This document shows positions 28,887-39,000 of a stretch of 64,000 nucleotides of DNA, piece after piece. Positions within the stretch are counted from its first letter, which is position 1; each line of letters opens with the position of its first letter. Below the pieces are notes generated by a model. The model worked only from the letters and a program-made list of their open reading frames with translations, did not search any database and was not told the origin of the DNA. Made by a program: the position numbers and the translations under genes. The stretch spans positions 17,373 through 81,372 of the forward strand of contig DAHUYG010000049.1 of assembly GCA_027315315.1 (NCBI GenBank), written 5' to 3'. The stretch is from Acidimicrobiaceae bacterium (GTDB taxonomy: Bacteria; Actinomycetota; Acidimicrobiia; Acidimicrobiales; RAAP-2).

Positions 28887-29041
28887 AGTCCCCCGGCACC
28901 CTTTCAGGCCCGGGAACCGTGAAGCGAATCTTCAGCTTCTTCCACAACCTGTGCATGACGTTGTGGATTGTTTCGCTCGTCGTGTAGTTGAGGTTTTATT
29001 CGGCGGGCCGTCGGACGATCGCCCCTCTGGTCACCGGTTGG

Positions 29042-30010
29042 TCACTCCCAACGGGTCCGGGACCAGGCCTCGAGCGCCTCGGCCAACGCGGCCGCCAGCT
29101 CTCCGGGCCGCTCGCTCGCGACCACCGGGCCGAGCTCGACCAGTACCGCCGGCATGCGGGTCTCCCGGAGCAGCGGAACGGACATGCCCCGGACCCCCCG
29201 GTCGGCGATGTCGAGCGCGCCCGGCACGGTGGCCTGGACGATCTCGGCCAGCCGCCGTCCGCCCTCGGACTCGGTCCGGTATCCGGCGTAGTACGCGGTC
29301 GCGCACCCTTCGGCGCCCGGGTCCAGACGGAGCCCGACGAGCACGTCGGCCTCCCCGGCGTTGGCCTCGCGTGCCTGGATCGAGTCGTCGGGATGGTGCA
29401 TGGCGGTGACGCGGGCGCCCGAGGCGATCAGGGAGCGCCGGAAGGAGGAGAGCGTCGAAGCCAGGCCGCCCGGCTCGCCGATGGCGACGTGCCGGCCGAC
29501 AAGGGTGTGGGGCGCGCTGCGGAGCACCTCCCGGGCGCGGACGGCGGAGATGAGCTCGGTGCGCCGGTGCGCGGCCCGCATGCGGAGGAGTTCGCCGACG
29601 GTGACGGCTCCGGCGACACCATCGACGACGAGGCCGACGTTCCGCTGGAACTCGAGGACACCGGTCTCGGTGAGGTCGCCGAAGATCCCGTCCACGCGGC
29701 CGCTGTCGAAGCCGAGCGCGCCCAGGCGCTGCTGGAGCTCGGCCACGTCGTCGCCGCGGAGCATGGGGGAGCGCCGGCACAGGACGCGCTCACCGAGCCG
29801 GAAACCGGCCTCGACCAGGGTCGACCAGGTCTGGAGCCCGCATTCGCCGTCGACGCGCAGCCCGCGTCGGTGCTGGAAGGCCTCGACCGCGGCCCGGGTG
29901 GCCGCGCCGAAGAGTCCGGGCTCGTCCTCGTCGGTGCTGAAGCCGAGGCCCCCGAGCCGCAGCCGCAGGTTGGAGACGACGGCTCCCGATGCGCCCTCCG
30001 AGATCGGCAG
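29042..30010 (-). CDS. cwlM: CwlM-like N-acetylmuramoyl-L-alanine amidase homologue (2 x PG-binding + amidase_3 domain); start codon unresolved
   Basis: Two PG_binding_1-like repeats (AVEAFQHRRGLRVDGECGLQTW; VLEFQRNVGLVVDGVAGAVTV) plus an amidase_3-like C-terminus (ADVLVGLRLD.., RETRMPAVLVELG). Sits downstream of trxB-trxA as in mycobacteria. There is no ATG/GTG/TTG between the trxA stop and the first repeat; the 5' limit is given at CTG 30010. Confidence 0.8.
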   Translation of the reverse strand: MPISEGASGAVVSNLRLRLGGLGFSTDEDEPGLFGAATRAAVEAFQHRRGLRVDGECGLQTWSTLVEAGFRLGERVLCRRSPMLRGDDVAELQQRLGALGFDSGRVDGIFGDLTETGVLEFQRNVGLVVDGVAGAVTVGELLRMRAAHRRTELISAVRAREVLRSAPHTLVGRHVAIGEPGGLASTLSSFRRSLIASGARVTAMHHPDDSIQAREANAGEADVLVGLRLDPGAEGCATAYYAGYRTESEGGRRLAEIVQATVPGALDIADRGVRGMSVPLLRETRMPAVLVELGPVVASERPGELAAALAEALEAWSRTRWE

Positions 30011-30024
30011 GACGCGCTCGACCT

Positions 30025-30351
30025 CTACAGGTATGCGGAGATCTCCTGGAGGAGCTGCGCCTTGGGCTTCGCCCCCACCAGACGAGCCTTCGCCTCCCCG
30101 TCCTTGAAGAGGAGCAGGGTCGGGATGCTCATCACGTCGTAGCGACGGGTCACGTCGAGGCTGTCGTCCACGTTCAGCTTCGCGACCGAGATCTTGCCCG
30201 CGTGCTCCTCGGCGATCTCCTCGAGGATCGGAGCGATCACCTTGCACGGCCCACACCACTCGGCCCAGAAGTCGACCAAGACCGGAACCTCGGAGGCCTT
30301 GACATGCTCGTCAAACGTAGCGTCGTCGAGCTGCACGATCTTCCCGCTCAT
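30025..30351 (-). CDS. trxA: thioredoxin
   Basis: 108 aa from ATG 30351 with GGAGG upstream. Active site WAEWCGPCK. Confidence 0.95.
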   Translation of the reverse strand: MSGKIVQLDDATFDEHVKASEVPVLVDFWAEWCGPCKVIAPILEEIAEEHAGKISVAKLNVDDSLDVTRRYDVMSIPTLLLFKDGEAKARLVGAKPKAQLLQEISAYL

Positions 30352-30448
30352 CTGTCCTCCCTCTGGCCGCCTCGGCCGTGTTTCTCGTGGATCCGGCCGA
30401 ACCGCCACCCGCGATCACCAACGCCGTGCAGCCCGGCGTTGTTCCCGC

Positions 30449-31408
30449 TCAGGAGCCTCGGGCCTCGAGGTAGCGCTCGGCGTCGATCGCCGCCATGCAC
30501 CCCGAACCGGCCGCGGTGATCGCCTGACGGTAGTAGTGATCCTGCAGGTCACCGCAGGCGAACACCCCCTCGACGCTGGTCAGCGAGCCGCCCAGGGTCT
30601 TGACATACCCCATGTCGTCGGTCTCGACCTGGCCCTTCACGATTCCGCTGTTCGGGGCGTGACCGATGGCGACGAACAGGCCCGACACCGGCAGGATCTC
30701 CTGGGCGCCGGTCACGGTGTCCTCGACGCGCAGGCCGTGCATCTTGGTGTCGCCCAGGACCTCGAGCACCCTCGAGTTCCACCGGATGTGGATCTTGTCG
30801 TTGGCGAGGGCCCGGTCCTGCATGATCTTCGACGCCCGCAGCTGGTCCCGGCGGTGGACGAGGGTGAGCGAGCTTGCGAACCGGGTGAGGAAGAGGGCCT
30901 CCTCGATCGCCGAGTCCCCACCGCCCACCACCGCGATGTCCTGGCCACGGAAGAAGAACCCGTCGCAGGTCGCGCAGGTAGAGACGCCGTGGGCGAGCAG
31001 CCGCTCCTCGCCCGGAACCCCGAGCATGAGGGACTGGGCGCCCATGGCCAAGATGAGCGCCTCGGCCTCGTAGGCGGGCTCGCCGTCGTCGGCCCCGACC
31101 CAGACCGGGAACGGGGGGCCGGCCGACAGGTCGACCCGGCTGACCTTGGCCGTGTGGAGCTCGGCGCCGAACCGGGCCGCCTGGGCCCGCATGGACCCCA
31201 TGAGCTGGGGCCCGAGGATCCCCTCCTCGAATCCGGGGTAGTTCTCGACCTCGGTCGTGAGCATGAGCTGCCCGCCGGGCTGGTCGCTCGTGGAGGAGGG
31301 CTCACCCTCGATCACGACCGGGGCGAGCTGGGCGCGCGCCGAGTAGATGGCGGCGGTGAGCCCCGCCGGCCCGGAGCCGGCGATGAGGACCTTGCGGTGC
31401 TCGGTCAT
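30449..31408 (-). CDS. trxB: thioredoxin-disulfide reductase
   Basis: [12 protein letters not shown], redox-active CATCDG and [10 protein letters not shown]. Start at ATG 31408 ([11 protein letters not shown]); the listed ORF has a junk extension to 31708. Confidence 0.95.
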   Translation of the reverse strand: MTEHRKVLIAGSGPAGLTAAIYSARAQLAPVVIEGEPSSTSDQPGGQLMLTTEVENYPGFEEGILGPQLMGSMRAQAARFGAELHTAKVSRVDLSAGPPFPVWVGADDGEPAYEAEALILAMGAQSLMLGVPGEERLLAHGVSTCATCDGFFFRGQDIAVVGGGDSAIEEALFLTRFASSLTLVHRRDQLRASKIMQDRALANDKIHIRWNSRVLEVLGDTKMHGLRVEDTVTGAQEILPVSGLFVAIGHAPNSGIVKGQVETDDMGYVKTLGGSLTSVEGVFACGDLQDHYYRQAITAAGSGCMAAIDAERYLEARGS

Positions 31409-31419
31409 CCCTGGCCCGC

Positions 31420-31746
31420 TCAGTCCCCCGACGCCCCACGGCGGGTCCGCATCGACCACAGGGCCAGGCCGCCCCCGAGGAGGAGGATCCCGAAGAGGGC
31501 GTCGGACGCCCAGACCCGGCCGCCGAAGGCGTAGACGTCGAGTAGCCGGACGACGGCGACCGCGAGCAGCACGAAGAACGCCAGGGACACGAGGGCGATG
31601 ACGACGCCGAAGACGAGCGCCCGCCCGGCGATGAGCGCCGGGCGCACCACCTTGTCGTGCACGACGTCGACGACGATGTCCACCGCGTCGACGGCGCGGT
31701 CCGACCACTCCTCGGAGCTCGGGGGCGCAGGGGTGTCAGGCGCCAT
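31420..31746 (-). CDS. small membrane protein, unknown function
   Basis: 108 aa with two hydrophobic helices ([23 protein letters not shown]; [14 protein letters not shown]). Lies 11 nt upstream of trxB on the same strand. No family recognised. Confidence 0.5.
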   Translation of the reverse strand: MAPDTPAPPSSEEWSDRAVDAVDIVVDVVHDKVVRPALIAGRALVFGVVIALVSLAFFVLLAVAVVRLLDVYAFGGRVWASDALFGILLLGGGLALWSMRTRRGASGD

Positions 31747-31787
31747 GGGGCGAGATTAGCCGCCCGCCTCCGCGGCTCCGCCGCTGG

Positions 31788-32633
31788 TCAGGCGGGCAGC
31801 TCCAGGCACACGCCGATGGTCTCGGGCCCGGCGTGGGTGCCGACGACCGCCCCGAGGTCGACGACGACGATCCCGCCCTTGTGGATCTCGATCCCCTCGA
31901 GGAGGCCGAGGAACTTGTCGATGTCGGTGGCGGCGCCGTTGCACACCGCCAGGCGCTCGAGCGGTGCATGGCTGCGCACCTTGCCGGCGAGGTACTCGAG
32001 GCTCCGCGACCGGGTCCGCTGCTTGGACTCCTCGGCCACGATCCCGTCTTGGACCTGGATGACGGGCTTGATCGAGAGCATGGACCCGAGCAGTGCGCGG
32101 GCCGCCCCGATCCGGCCGCCCCGCTGGAGGTGCTCCAGGGTGCCGATGGTGCCATACACGTGGGTCCGCGCGGCGGTGGCGGCGGCCAGCTCGGCCACCG
32201 CGGTCACATCGGCACCACCGGCTGCGGCCTCGGCCGCCGCCAGGGCGACCAGACCCTGGCCCATCGTGACCGAGCGGGTGTCGACGATTCGCACGTCGAA
32301 GCCCCCCATCGCGGCGGCTGCGGTCGTCGCCGACTGGAAGGTCCCAGAGGAGAGGTCGGCCGAGATCGTGACGCAGACGACGGCGTCGTAGCCCTCGTTC
32401 CGGGCCGCCTCGAATGCGGCCTGGAACTCGCCCGGCGGGGGAGCGGCGGTCTCGGGGAGGCTCGGGCTTGAGGCACACCGGCGCCAGAACTCCGCGGCGT
32501 CGAGCTCCCGGCGGTCCACGAGCTCCTCGTCTCCGAACCGGATGCTGAGCGGGACGATGACGATCCCGTTGTCCGCCGCAAGCTGATCGGTCAGGTCACA
32601 TGCGCTGTCGGTGACGATTCGGACACGGGCCAT
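31788..32633 (-). CDS. DegV-family fatty-acid-binding protein
   Basis: MARVRIVTDSACDL....GI.IVPLSIRFG and later ..GT.QSA.... fit the DegV pattern. Start at ATG 32633. Confidence 0.85.
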   Translation of the reverse strand: MARVRIVTDSACDLTDQLAADNGIVIVPLSIRFGDEELVDRRELDAAEFWRRCASSPSLPETAAPPPGEFQAAFEAARNEGYDAVVCVTISADLSSGTFQSATTAAAAMGGFDVRIVDTRSVTMGQGLVALAAAEAAAGGADVTAVAELAAATAARTHVYGTIGTLEHLQRGGRIGAARALLGSMLSIKPVIQVQDGIVAEESKQRTRSRSLEYLAGKVRSHAPLERLAVCNGAATDIDKFLGLLEGIEIHKGGIVVVDLGAVVGTHAGPETIGVCLELPA

Positions 32634-32679
32634 GGGCACCTCTCTGCCTCGGGGAGGAGAGGAGTCTGCCACCAACCGC

Positions 32680-34344
32680 TCACCACGTCCGGGGTGGCGG
32701 CGGGTGCCTGGAGGGCGGATCGCCGCGCCGGTCCCGGGCCGCCATGAACATCGCGGCGCTGAGGTAGGAGAGCCCCCCGGCAAAGACCGAGGCGAGCACG
32801 CGCACCGACAGCCCGAAACCGTGCGAGGCCCCCGAGAGGTTGGAGACCACCAGGACGACCAGGCCCATGACGAGGGTCGAGAAGGCCGAGCCGCTGAGCG
32901 GTGCCCAGGAGCGTCGCCCGCCCAGGTTGCCGATCCAGCCGCGCAGCACGCCGACGCCGACGAGCGCCGCGACGCTGTACGCGATCGAGAGCGAGGCTGC
33001 GAGCCCGCGCACGCTCATCGAGTGGACCAGCGCGAGGGCGAGCACGATGTTGAGACCGTTCTCCAGCACGTAGAGCCAGAACGCCACGTTCGTGCGCTGC
33101 ATCGACTGCAGGGCGCGTACCACGAAGAGGAACGAGCAGAACCCCGGAAGACCGGCGGCGAGGATGCCGAGCGAGGCACCGGTGTCGGCGGTCTCCTGGG
33201 CGTTGGAGGCGCCGTGCCCGAGGAGGAGCGCAACCGCAGGCCTGGCCAACAGGAGCATGCCGACCGTGGCCGGCAGGATGATGGAGAGCACGGCCCGGAG
33301 CCCCTGGGTGAACCTCCGGCGGAAGCCGGCGACATCGTGCAGTGCCCACAGGCGCGACAGGTCCGGCGTGACGGCGCTCATCACCGACACCGCGACGATC
33401 GCGAAGGGCATCTGCATGAATGCGTACGCGTACGTGTATGACGACACGGTGGCGTTGCCCTTGGCCCCGACGGCCAGGGCGAGCACCACGTAGAGGGCGA
33501 CCTGGTTGGCCACCACGAACCCGAAGGTCCACAGCCCGAGGCGCACGACCGTGCGCACAGCCTCGTGGCCCGGTTCCCAGTGGAAGCGGACCCGCCCGAG
33601 ACCGGCCCGTGCGTAGCTCGGGATGAGCAAGAGCGCCTGGAGGGCGACGCCGGCGGTGGTGCCCGCACCGAGCAGGACCAGCTGACGGCCGTCGTGCAGG
33701 GCGGCTCCGAGGGAGGGGTGCGCCTCCACCTGGCGGAACCAGAGAAGCACGGCGATGCTCACGAGATTGTTGGCGATGGGCACCCAGGTGGGGGTGCCGA
33801 AGCGCTGGCGCGCGTTCAGGAGCGACGTGATGAGGCTGATGGCTCCGTAGAAGAAGACCTGGGGCACGAACCACCGCAGCAGATTCGTCGCCACCGCCCG
33901 CTCCCGCGCCAACTCGGCGGCCGAGATCCCCGAGCTGTGGCCGAAGGCGGTGAACGCCGAGATCACGTAGGGCGAGAGCGCCCAGAAGAGCACCGTCGCC
34001 GCCGCGAGCACTGCGAGCGCGAGCGTGACCACCGAGGAGATCGCCCGCCATGCCTCAGCGGGAGAGCGCGTCGTGAGGCGGTCGACGAAGACCGGGATGA
34101 AGGTCGCCGACAGCACGCCGCCGAGCACGATGTCGTAGAGCATGTTGGGCGTGGTGTTGGCCAGGTTGTAGGCGTCGGCCAGATGGTGGAAGCCGAGCGC
34201 ATACGCGACGGCGAAGATCCGCACCACGCCGGTGAGGCGGGACACCCCGGTCCCGAGCGCCATCGCGGCGGTCGCGCGTTGCAGGCTTCGTCCTGTGAGC
34301 GACCCTCCGGCGCTCGTCGCCGACGTCCGGACCGTCTCGCTCAC
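32680..34344 (-). CDS. murJ: lipid II flippase MurJ (MviN)
   Basis: About 14 TM helices. MurJ N-terminal pattern LGTGVSRLTGVVRIFAVAYALG....DAYNLANT.PN.LY. The GTG start at 34344 overlaps the upstream gene's stop (GTGA). Confidence 0.9.
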   Translation of the reverse strand: MSETVRTSATSAGGSLTGRSLQRATAAMALGTGVSRLTGVVRIFAVAYALGFHHLADAYNLANTTPNMLYDIVLGGVLSATFIPVFVDRLTTRSPAEAWRAISSVVTLALAVLAAATVLFWALSPYVISAFTAFGHSSGISAAELARERAVATNLLRWFVPQVFFYGAISLITSLLNARQRFGTPTWVPIANNLVSIAVLLWFRQVEAHPSLGAALHDGRQLVLLGAGTTAGVALQALLLIPSYARAGLGRVRFHWEPGHEAVRTVVRLGLWTFGFVVANQVALYVVLALAVGAKGNATVSSYTYAYAFMQMPFAIVAVSVMSAVTPDLSRLWALHDVAGFRRRFTQGLRAVLSIILPATVGMLLLARPAVALLLGHGASNAQETADTGASLGILAAGLPGFCSFLFVVRALQSMQRTNVAFWLYVLENGLNIVLALALVHSMSVRGLAASLSIAYSVAALVGVGVLRGWIGNLGGRRSWAPLSGSAFSTLVMGLVVLVVSNLSGASHGFGLSVRVLASVFAGGLSYLSAAMFMAARDRRGDPPSRHPPPPRTW

Positions 34345-36431
34345 GCCGGCGCACCCCGCTGGACCCGAGACCTCCGCTCGCGGCGGCCCTTCAGCCAGGT
34401 CCGGCCCCACCAGCCGATGAGCACCGCCGCCGCGACCAGGGTGAGCATGATGCCGACGATGGAGGTGGCCGTCGATCGCACCGTGAAGCGGCCCCGTTCG
34501 ATCACGAGCTGCCCGTTCGGCGAGCTGAGCGTGAAGCTCAAAGGGAGGTCACCCGAGGTTCGCGCCAGGACCTGGACCTGGGCCGAGTTGGTGGGGTGGT
34601 CGATCAGCACGTCGCGCGTCGGGCCGCCGGGGAACTCGAGCTTGGGGCTGGAGAGTGTGAGGTTCGCCCGCAGCGCGTAGTGCGCGCTCGACACGATGGT
34701 GATCGGGATGGCGGCCGTCTGCGCGGTGAGCGTGATGGAGTTCTTCTCGACCTGGATGTTGCCGAGTTCGGCGTCGAAGTGCCGCTCGAAGACGGCCAGG
34801 GCGGCGCGTTGCTGGTCGGGGCTCAGCTGATCGGACTCGGCGCTGAGCAGGACGTCCTCGAGCTGGTTCTCGATCGGTGGCTGACCCTGCACGGCGTCGA
34901 CGAACCCGCTGATCTCGGTGCGGGCGGTCGCGATCGCTGCGGCCTCCGCCTTGGAGACGAGTTGGTCGGCGCCGTCGTTCAGCCGCCGCGTGGTCGTCGC
35001 GCCGTTCGCACCGATCTGGATCTCGTTGAAGTAGCCGTTGAGGGTGGCCGTCGAGACCACGGGATTGTTGCTCAGCCCCGAGACCAGTGCGTCGGCGAAG
35101 CGCGGGTCGGGGTTCCACGAGGGCGGGGGCACCGCGATCACGCCCCGTCCGCCGGCGCTCGGCAACTCGGACTGGATGAACGCCAGGCCGGCCAGGAGCT
35201 CGTTGGCCTCGAGGACGGGGTCGGCCGGGTGGGAGGTGAAGAGATTGGAGAGCATCGAATCGGAGACGGCGGCCGTCACCGACTCGCCGTGCCCGAGGGT
35301 GAGCGAGAAGGGCTGGGTCCAGGTGGCGTGGTCCTCCTCGGTTGCGCTCGCCAACGCGGTGTCCGGCAGGACGAGCGAATCCGATCCGACGTCGCGCATG
35401 CCCGCTGCAATCGAGGGCCCGACCGGTCCGGTCGCGACCCACGTCTGCCAGGAGGGTGCCTGGGCCGCGCTCAGGCCAACGGTGATCGGCGCCATCACGG
35501 CTGACGCCCGGTTCTTCTGGCCCTGGATCTCGCTCGGCACCCCGGCCGCCGCGAGCTGTGCGAGGTTGACCGGCACATAGGGCTGCGCGAGCAATCGGTG
35601 GGTGCCCTCGAGGGCGATGGTCCGCAGGCCGCGCAGCGCGCTCGCCGCCTCGGGGGACGGGTCATCCCTGAGGCGCTCGACGACGGCCGGGCTCGGGGCG
35701 ACCGTCGCCTGGACGCCGGGGTTGGCGGCCAGCTCCTGGCTGAGCGCAGCGAGGTCCCTCACCCGTGCCGCGCCGAGGGGGGGGATCGCGTCCGTGATCG
35801 GCCCGTCGGACCTGATGCGGACGTTGGCACCCATCGGCACCACCCAGCTGAACACCAGCGGCGATGCGCTCCTCGTCTCCTCGTAGACGAGGTACGTGTT
35901 CAGATGCGCGATCTGCGACCCGCTCGAATCGAAGAGCTGGACGACCACGGGGTAGACACCCGAGCACTCCTCGGGATCGGTCAGCGGGGGACAGCGGCTG
36001 AGGTCCGACACGTTGAGCGTGGCCGACCCGGACGGAGCGCTGGTCGTCCCGGCCACCACCGTGACGTCGATCTGCTCACCCCCCCCGGCGCGCTTGAGGC
36101 TGGCGAGAGGTTGGGGCGCCACCGTGTGCAGGAGACCGCTCGGCGTGCCGGTCAGGGTCTCGGCGAATCCCGACTGGGTGCTGAGCTTCTCGTAGAACGA
36201 GAGCCCGAGTGTCGCGCCGGAGGGCGCTGACCCAGCGACCCTGACGGCCAGGGCGAAGGTCGCCGGGTCCCCAGGAGCAGGCGGCGCGACGGTGGGGGTC
36301 TGGGAGAGCAGGGTGAGCGAAGGCGTCGACCCCACCGAGGCGGCCGCCGACACGCCCACCGGCGAGACGACGAGGAGCCAGAGAGTTGCGACCGCTGCCG
36401 CCAGGGCGCAACGGACACCGCGCAACAGCAC
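34341..36431 (-). CDS. large secreted/C-terminally anchored protein, Rv3909-like (DUF6049-type as recalled)
   Basis: 696 aa with a signal peptide (AAAVATLWLLVVSPVGVSAAAS) and a C-terminal TM helix plus basic tail (IVGIMLTLVAAAVLIGWWGRTWLKGRRERR). Conserved position upstream of murJ. Confidence 0.7.
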   Translation of the reverse strand: MLLRGVRCALAAAVATLWLLVVSPVGVSAAASVGSTPSLTLLSQTPTVAPPAPGDPATFALAVRVAGSAPSGATLGLSFYEKLSTQSGFAETLTGTPSGLLHTVAPQPLASLKRAGGGEQIDVTVVAGTTSAPSGSATLNVSDLSRCPPLTDPEECSGVYPVVVQLFDSSGSQIAHLNTYLVYEETRSASPLVFSWVVPMGANVRIRSDGPITDAIPPLGAARVRDLAALSQELAANPGVQATVAPSPAVVERLRDDPSPEAASALRGLRTIALEGTHRLLAQPYVPVNLAQLAAAGVPSEIQGQKNRASAVMAPITVGLSAAQAPSWQTWVATGPVGPSIAAGMRDVGSDSLVLPDTALASATEEDHATWTQPFSLTLGHGESVTAAVSDSMLSNLFTSHPADPVLEANELLAGLAFIQSELPSAGGRGVIAVPPPSWNPDPRFADALVSGLSNNPVVSTATLNGYFNEIQIGANGATTTRRLNDGADQLVSKAEAAAIATARTEISGFVDAVQGQPPIENQLEDVLLSAESDQLSPDQQRAALAVFERHFDAELGNIQVEKNSITLTAQTAAIPITIVSSAHYALRANLTLSSPKLEFPGGPTRDVLIDHPTNSAQVQVLARTSGDLPLSFTLSSPNGQLVIERGRFTVRSTATSIVGIMLTLVAAAVLIGWWGRTWLKGRRERRSRVQRGAPA

Positions 36432-36479
36432 CGAGCAACGCTAACCGGTGCCCCGACCGGGTTCCGGTACCGTGGGCGC

Positions 36480-37883
36480 GTGTCGCCGACCGTTCCGGAG
36501 CGGTTTGGGCATCTGGTCGAGGCCACAGAGGAGCTCGCCGGCCGTTTCGAGCGCGCTGGCCGGAGCCTTTACCTGGTCGGGGGATCGGTGCGCGACGCCC
36601 TGCTCCCCGGGGGCGATGCCTCGCGGGATCCCGACAAGCACGACATCGACCTCACGACCGAGGCACGCCCCGAGGAGATCGAGGCGATCGTGTCGGGCTG
36701 GGCCGACGCACTTTGGAGCCAGGGAGCCCGTTTCGGGACCATCGGGTGCTCGAAGGACGGCCGCGCGTACGAGATCACCACGCACCGGGCCGAGGCCTAC
36801 AGCCCGGACTCCCGCAAGCCCGAGGTGACCTTCGGCGAGGACATCGACCAAGACCTCTCCCGGCGCGACTTCACGGTGAACGCGATGGCGCTCCGGCTCC
36901 CCAATCTCAGGCTGATCGATCCCTTCAACGGGCTCGACGACCTCGCCGCCGGCGTGCTGCGGACGCCGGTCGGCCCGGAGGTCTCCTTCGGCGACGACCC
37001 CCTCAGGATGCTGCGTGCCGCCCGGTTCGTGGCGGGCTACGGATTGGCGCCCGAGGAGGACCTCGTCGCGGCGATCAAGGCCGGCCACGCCCGACTGTCG
37101 ATCGTCTCGGCGGAGAGGATCCGCGGCGAGCTGGACCGCCTGGTGATGGTGGAGCGGCCATCCATCGGACTGTGGTTCGTGGTCGAGACCGGGCTCGCCT
37201 CCGAGTTCCTCCCCGAGCTCCCCGGCCTCGCACTCGAGCAGGACCCGATACATCGGCACAAGGACGTGCTCGCGCACACGCTCGCGGTCGTCGACAAGAC
37301 GAGCCCCGACCGCGTTCTGCGGCTGGCGGCGCTCTTCCACGACGTGGGGAAGCCGAAGACCCGGGCGTTCTCGGGGGGTGGGGTGACCTTCCACCACCAC
37401 GAGGTGGTGGGCGCCCGGATGACCCGCGAGCGCATGGAGGCCCTGCGCTACCCGAACGAGGACGTCGAGACCGTGAGCCGCCTCGTCGAGCTCCACCTGC
37501 GGTTCCACACCTACGAGATGGGCTGGACGGACAAGGCTGTCCGCCGCTACGTGCGCGACGCCGGCGCACTGCTCGAGCGGCTGAACGAGCTCACCCGGTG
37601 TGACTGCACGACGCGCAACGCCGCCAAGGCGCGGGCGCTCGCCCGACGGATGGACGAACTCGAGCGTCGGATCGTCGAGCTGCGCGAGCGCGAGGAGCTC
37701 GACGCGATGCGCCCTGACCTCGACGGGAACCAGGTGATGGAGCTCCTCGGGGTGAAGCCGGGACCGGCGGTCGGAAGGGCGCTCGACTTCCTGCTCGAAC
37801 TGCGGCTCGACGAGGGCCCCCTCGGGGAGGCCGAGGCGGAGCGCCGGCTGCGCGAGTGGTGGTCCGCCCAGGACGGGTCCTGA
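36480..37883 (+). CDS. cca: CCA tRNA nucleotidyltransferase
   Basis: LYLVGGSVRDALL, DIDLTT and RDFTVNAM (Pol-beta NTase head), then an HD-type region HRHKDVLAHT...LFHDVGKP. Confidence 0.9.
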   Translation: MSPTVPERFGHLVEATEELAGRFERAGRSLYLVGGSVRDALLPGGDASRDPDKHDIDLTTEARPEEIEAIVSGWADALWSQGARFGTIGCSKDGRAYEITTHRAEAYSPDSRKPEVTFGEDIDQDLSRRDFTVNAMALRLPNLRLIDPFNGLDDLAAGVLRTPVGPEVSFGDDPLRMLRAARFVAGYGLAPEEDLVAAIKAGHARLSIVSAERIRGELDRLVMVERPSIGLWFVVETGLASEFLPELPGLALEQDPIHRHKDVLAHTLAVVDKTSPDRVLRLAALFHDVGKPKTRAFSGGGVTFHHHEVVGARMTRERMEALRYPNEDVETVSRLVELHLRFHTYEMGWTDKAVRRYVRDAGALLERLNELTRCDCTTRNAAKARALARRMDELERRIVELREREELDAMRPDLDGNQVMELLGVKPGPAVGRALDFLLELRLDEGPLGEAEAERRLREWWSAQDGS

Positions 37884-37889
37884 ACGGCC

Positions 37890-38987
37890 TCAGTCCTCGG
37901 GCCAGACCGGCTGCTCGGCGCCGGCCGCGAACTGCTCGACCATCACGCGCGCCGTCTCGTCGTGGTACTGCACCGGCGGGGACTTCATGAGGTAGGCCGA
38001 GGGACCGACGAGCGGGCCGCCGATGTTGCGGTCGAGCGCAAGCTTGGCGCAGCGGACGGCGTCGATGATGACGCCGGCCGAGTTGGGAGAGTCCCACACC
38101 TCGAGCTTCAGTTCGAGGTTGAGTGGCACGTCCCCGAAGTTGCGCCCCTCCATGCGGATGTAGGCCCACTTGCGGTCGGCCAGCCAGGGCACGTGGTCCG
38201 AGGGCCCGATGTGGACGTCGTCTGCGGGCAGGGGGGTGTGCTCGATCTGGCTCGTGACGGCCTGGGTCTTCGAGATCTTCTTGGACTCCAGCCGGTCGCG
38301 CTCGAGCATGTTGCGGAAGTCCATGTTCCCGCCGACGTTCAGCTGGTAGGTGTGATCGAGGACGAGGCCCCGGTCCTCGAACAGCCTGGTCAAGATGCGG
38401 TGGACGATGGTCGAGCCGACCTGGCTCTTGATGTCGTCACCGATGATCGGCACGCCGGCGTCGCGAAAGGCGCGGGCCCAGTCGGGGTCCGACGCGATGA
38501 ACACCGGAATGGCGTTGACGAAGGCCACGCCGGCATCGATGGCGGCCTGGGCGTAGTGGCGCTGGGCCTCCTCGGAGCCGACCGGGAGGTACGAGACGAG
38601 CACGTCGGCCCGGGTGTCGCGCAGCACCTGGGCGACGTCCACGGGCGTGAGCGGTGACTCCTCGACGACGTCGCGGTAGTAGCGACCGAGCCCGTCGAAC
38701 GTCGGGCCCCGTTGCACGGTGACCCCGAGGTGGCCGACGTCGGCGAAGCGGATGGTGTTGTTCTGCCCGGCGAACATGGCCTTGGACAGGTCGACGCCCA
38801 CCTTTGTCGCGTCGACGTCGAAGGCGGCCACCGGCTCGACGTCGCGCACGTGGTAGCCGCCGAGCACGACGTGCATGAGCCCGGGCACCGATTCGCCCGG
38901 TTCGGCGTCCCGATAATAGGAGATCCCCTGAATCAGCGAGCTCGCGCAGTTGCCGACTCCGGCGATGGCAAGGCGGATGGCCGTCAT
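37890..38987 (-). CDS. ino1: myo-inositol-1-phosphate synthase
   Basis: [21 protein letters not shown] and [11 protein letters not shown]; 365 aa from ATG 38987. Confidence 0.95.
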   Translation of the reverse strand: MTAIRLAIAGVGNCASSLIQGISYYRDAEPGESVPGLMHVVLGGYHVRDVEPVAAFDVDATKVGVDLSKAMFAGQNNTIRFADVGHLGVTVQRGPTFDGLGRYYRDVVEESPLTPVDVAQVLRDTRADVLVSYLPVGSEEAQRHYAQAAIDAGVAFVNAIPVFIASDPDWARAFRDAGVPIIGDDIKSQVGSTIVHRILTRLFEDRGLVLDHTYQLNVGGNMDFRNMLERDRLESKKISKTQAVTSQIEHTPLPADDVHIGPSDHVPWLADRKWAYIRMEGRNFGDVPLNLELKLEVWDSPNSAGVIIDAVRCAKLALDRNIGGPLVGPSAYLMKSPPVQYHDETARVMVEQFAAGAEQPVWPED

Positions 38988-39000
38988 GTGCTGTCTCCCT

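Noticed and set aside
30028-30259. Upstream ATG 30259 as the cwlM start
   Set aside because: It would overlap trxA by ~235 nt in another frame, and it encodes Arg/Gly/Asp-rich junk.
36441-37508. 355-aa minus-strand ORF
   Set aside because: It is antisense to the clearly recognisable cca gene and has no motifs.
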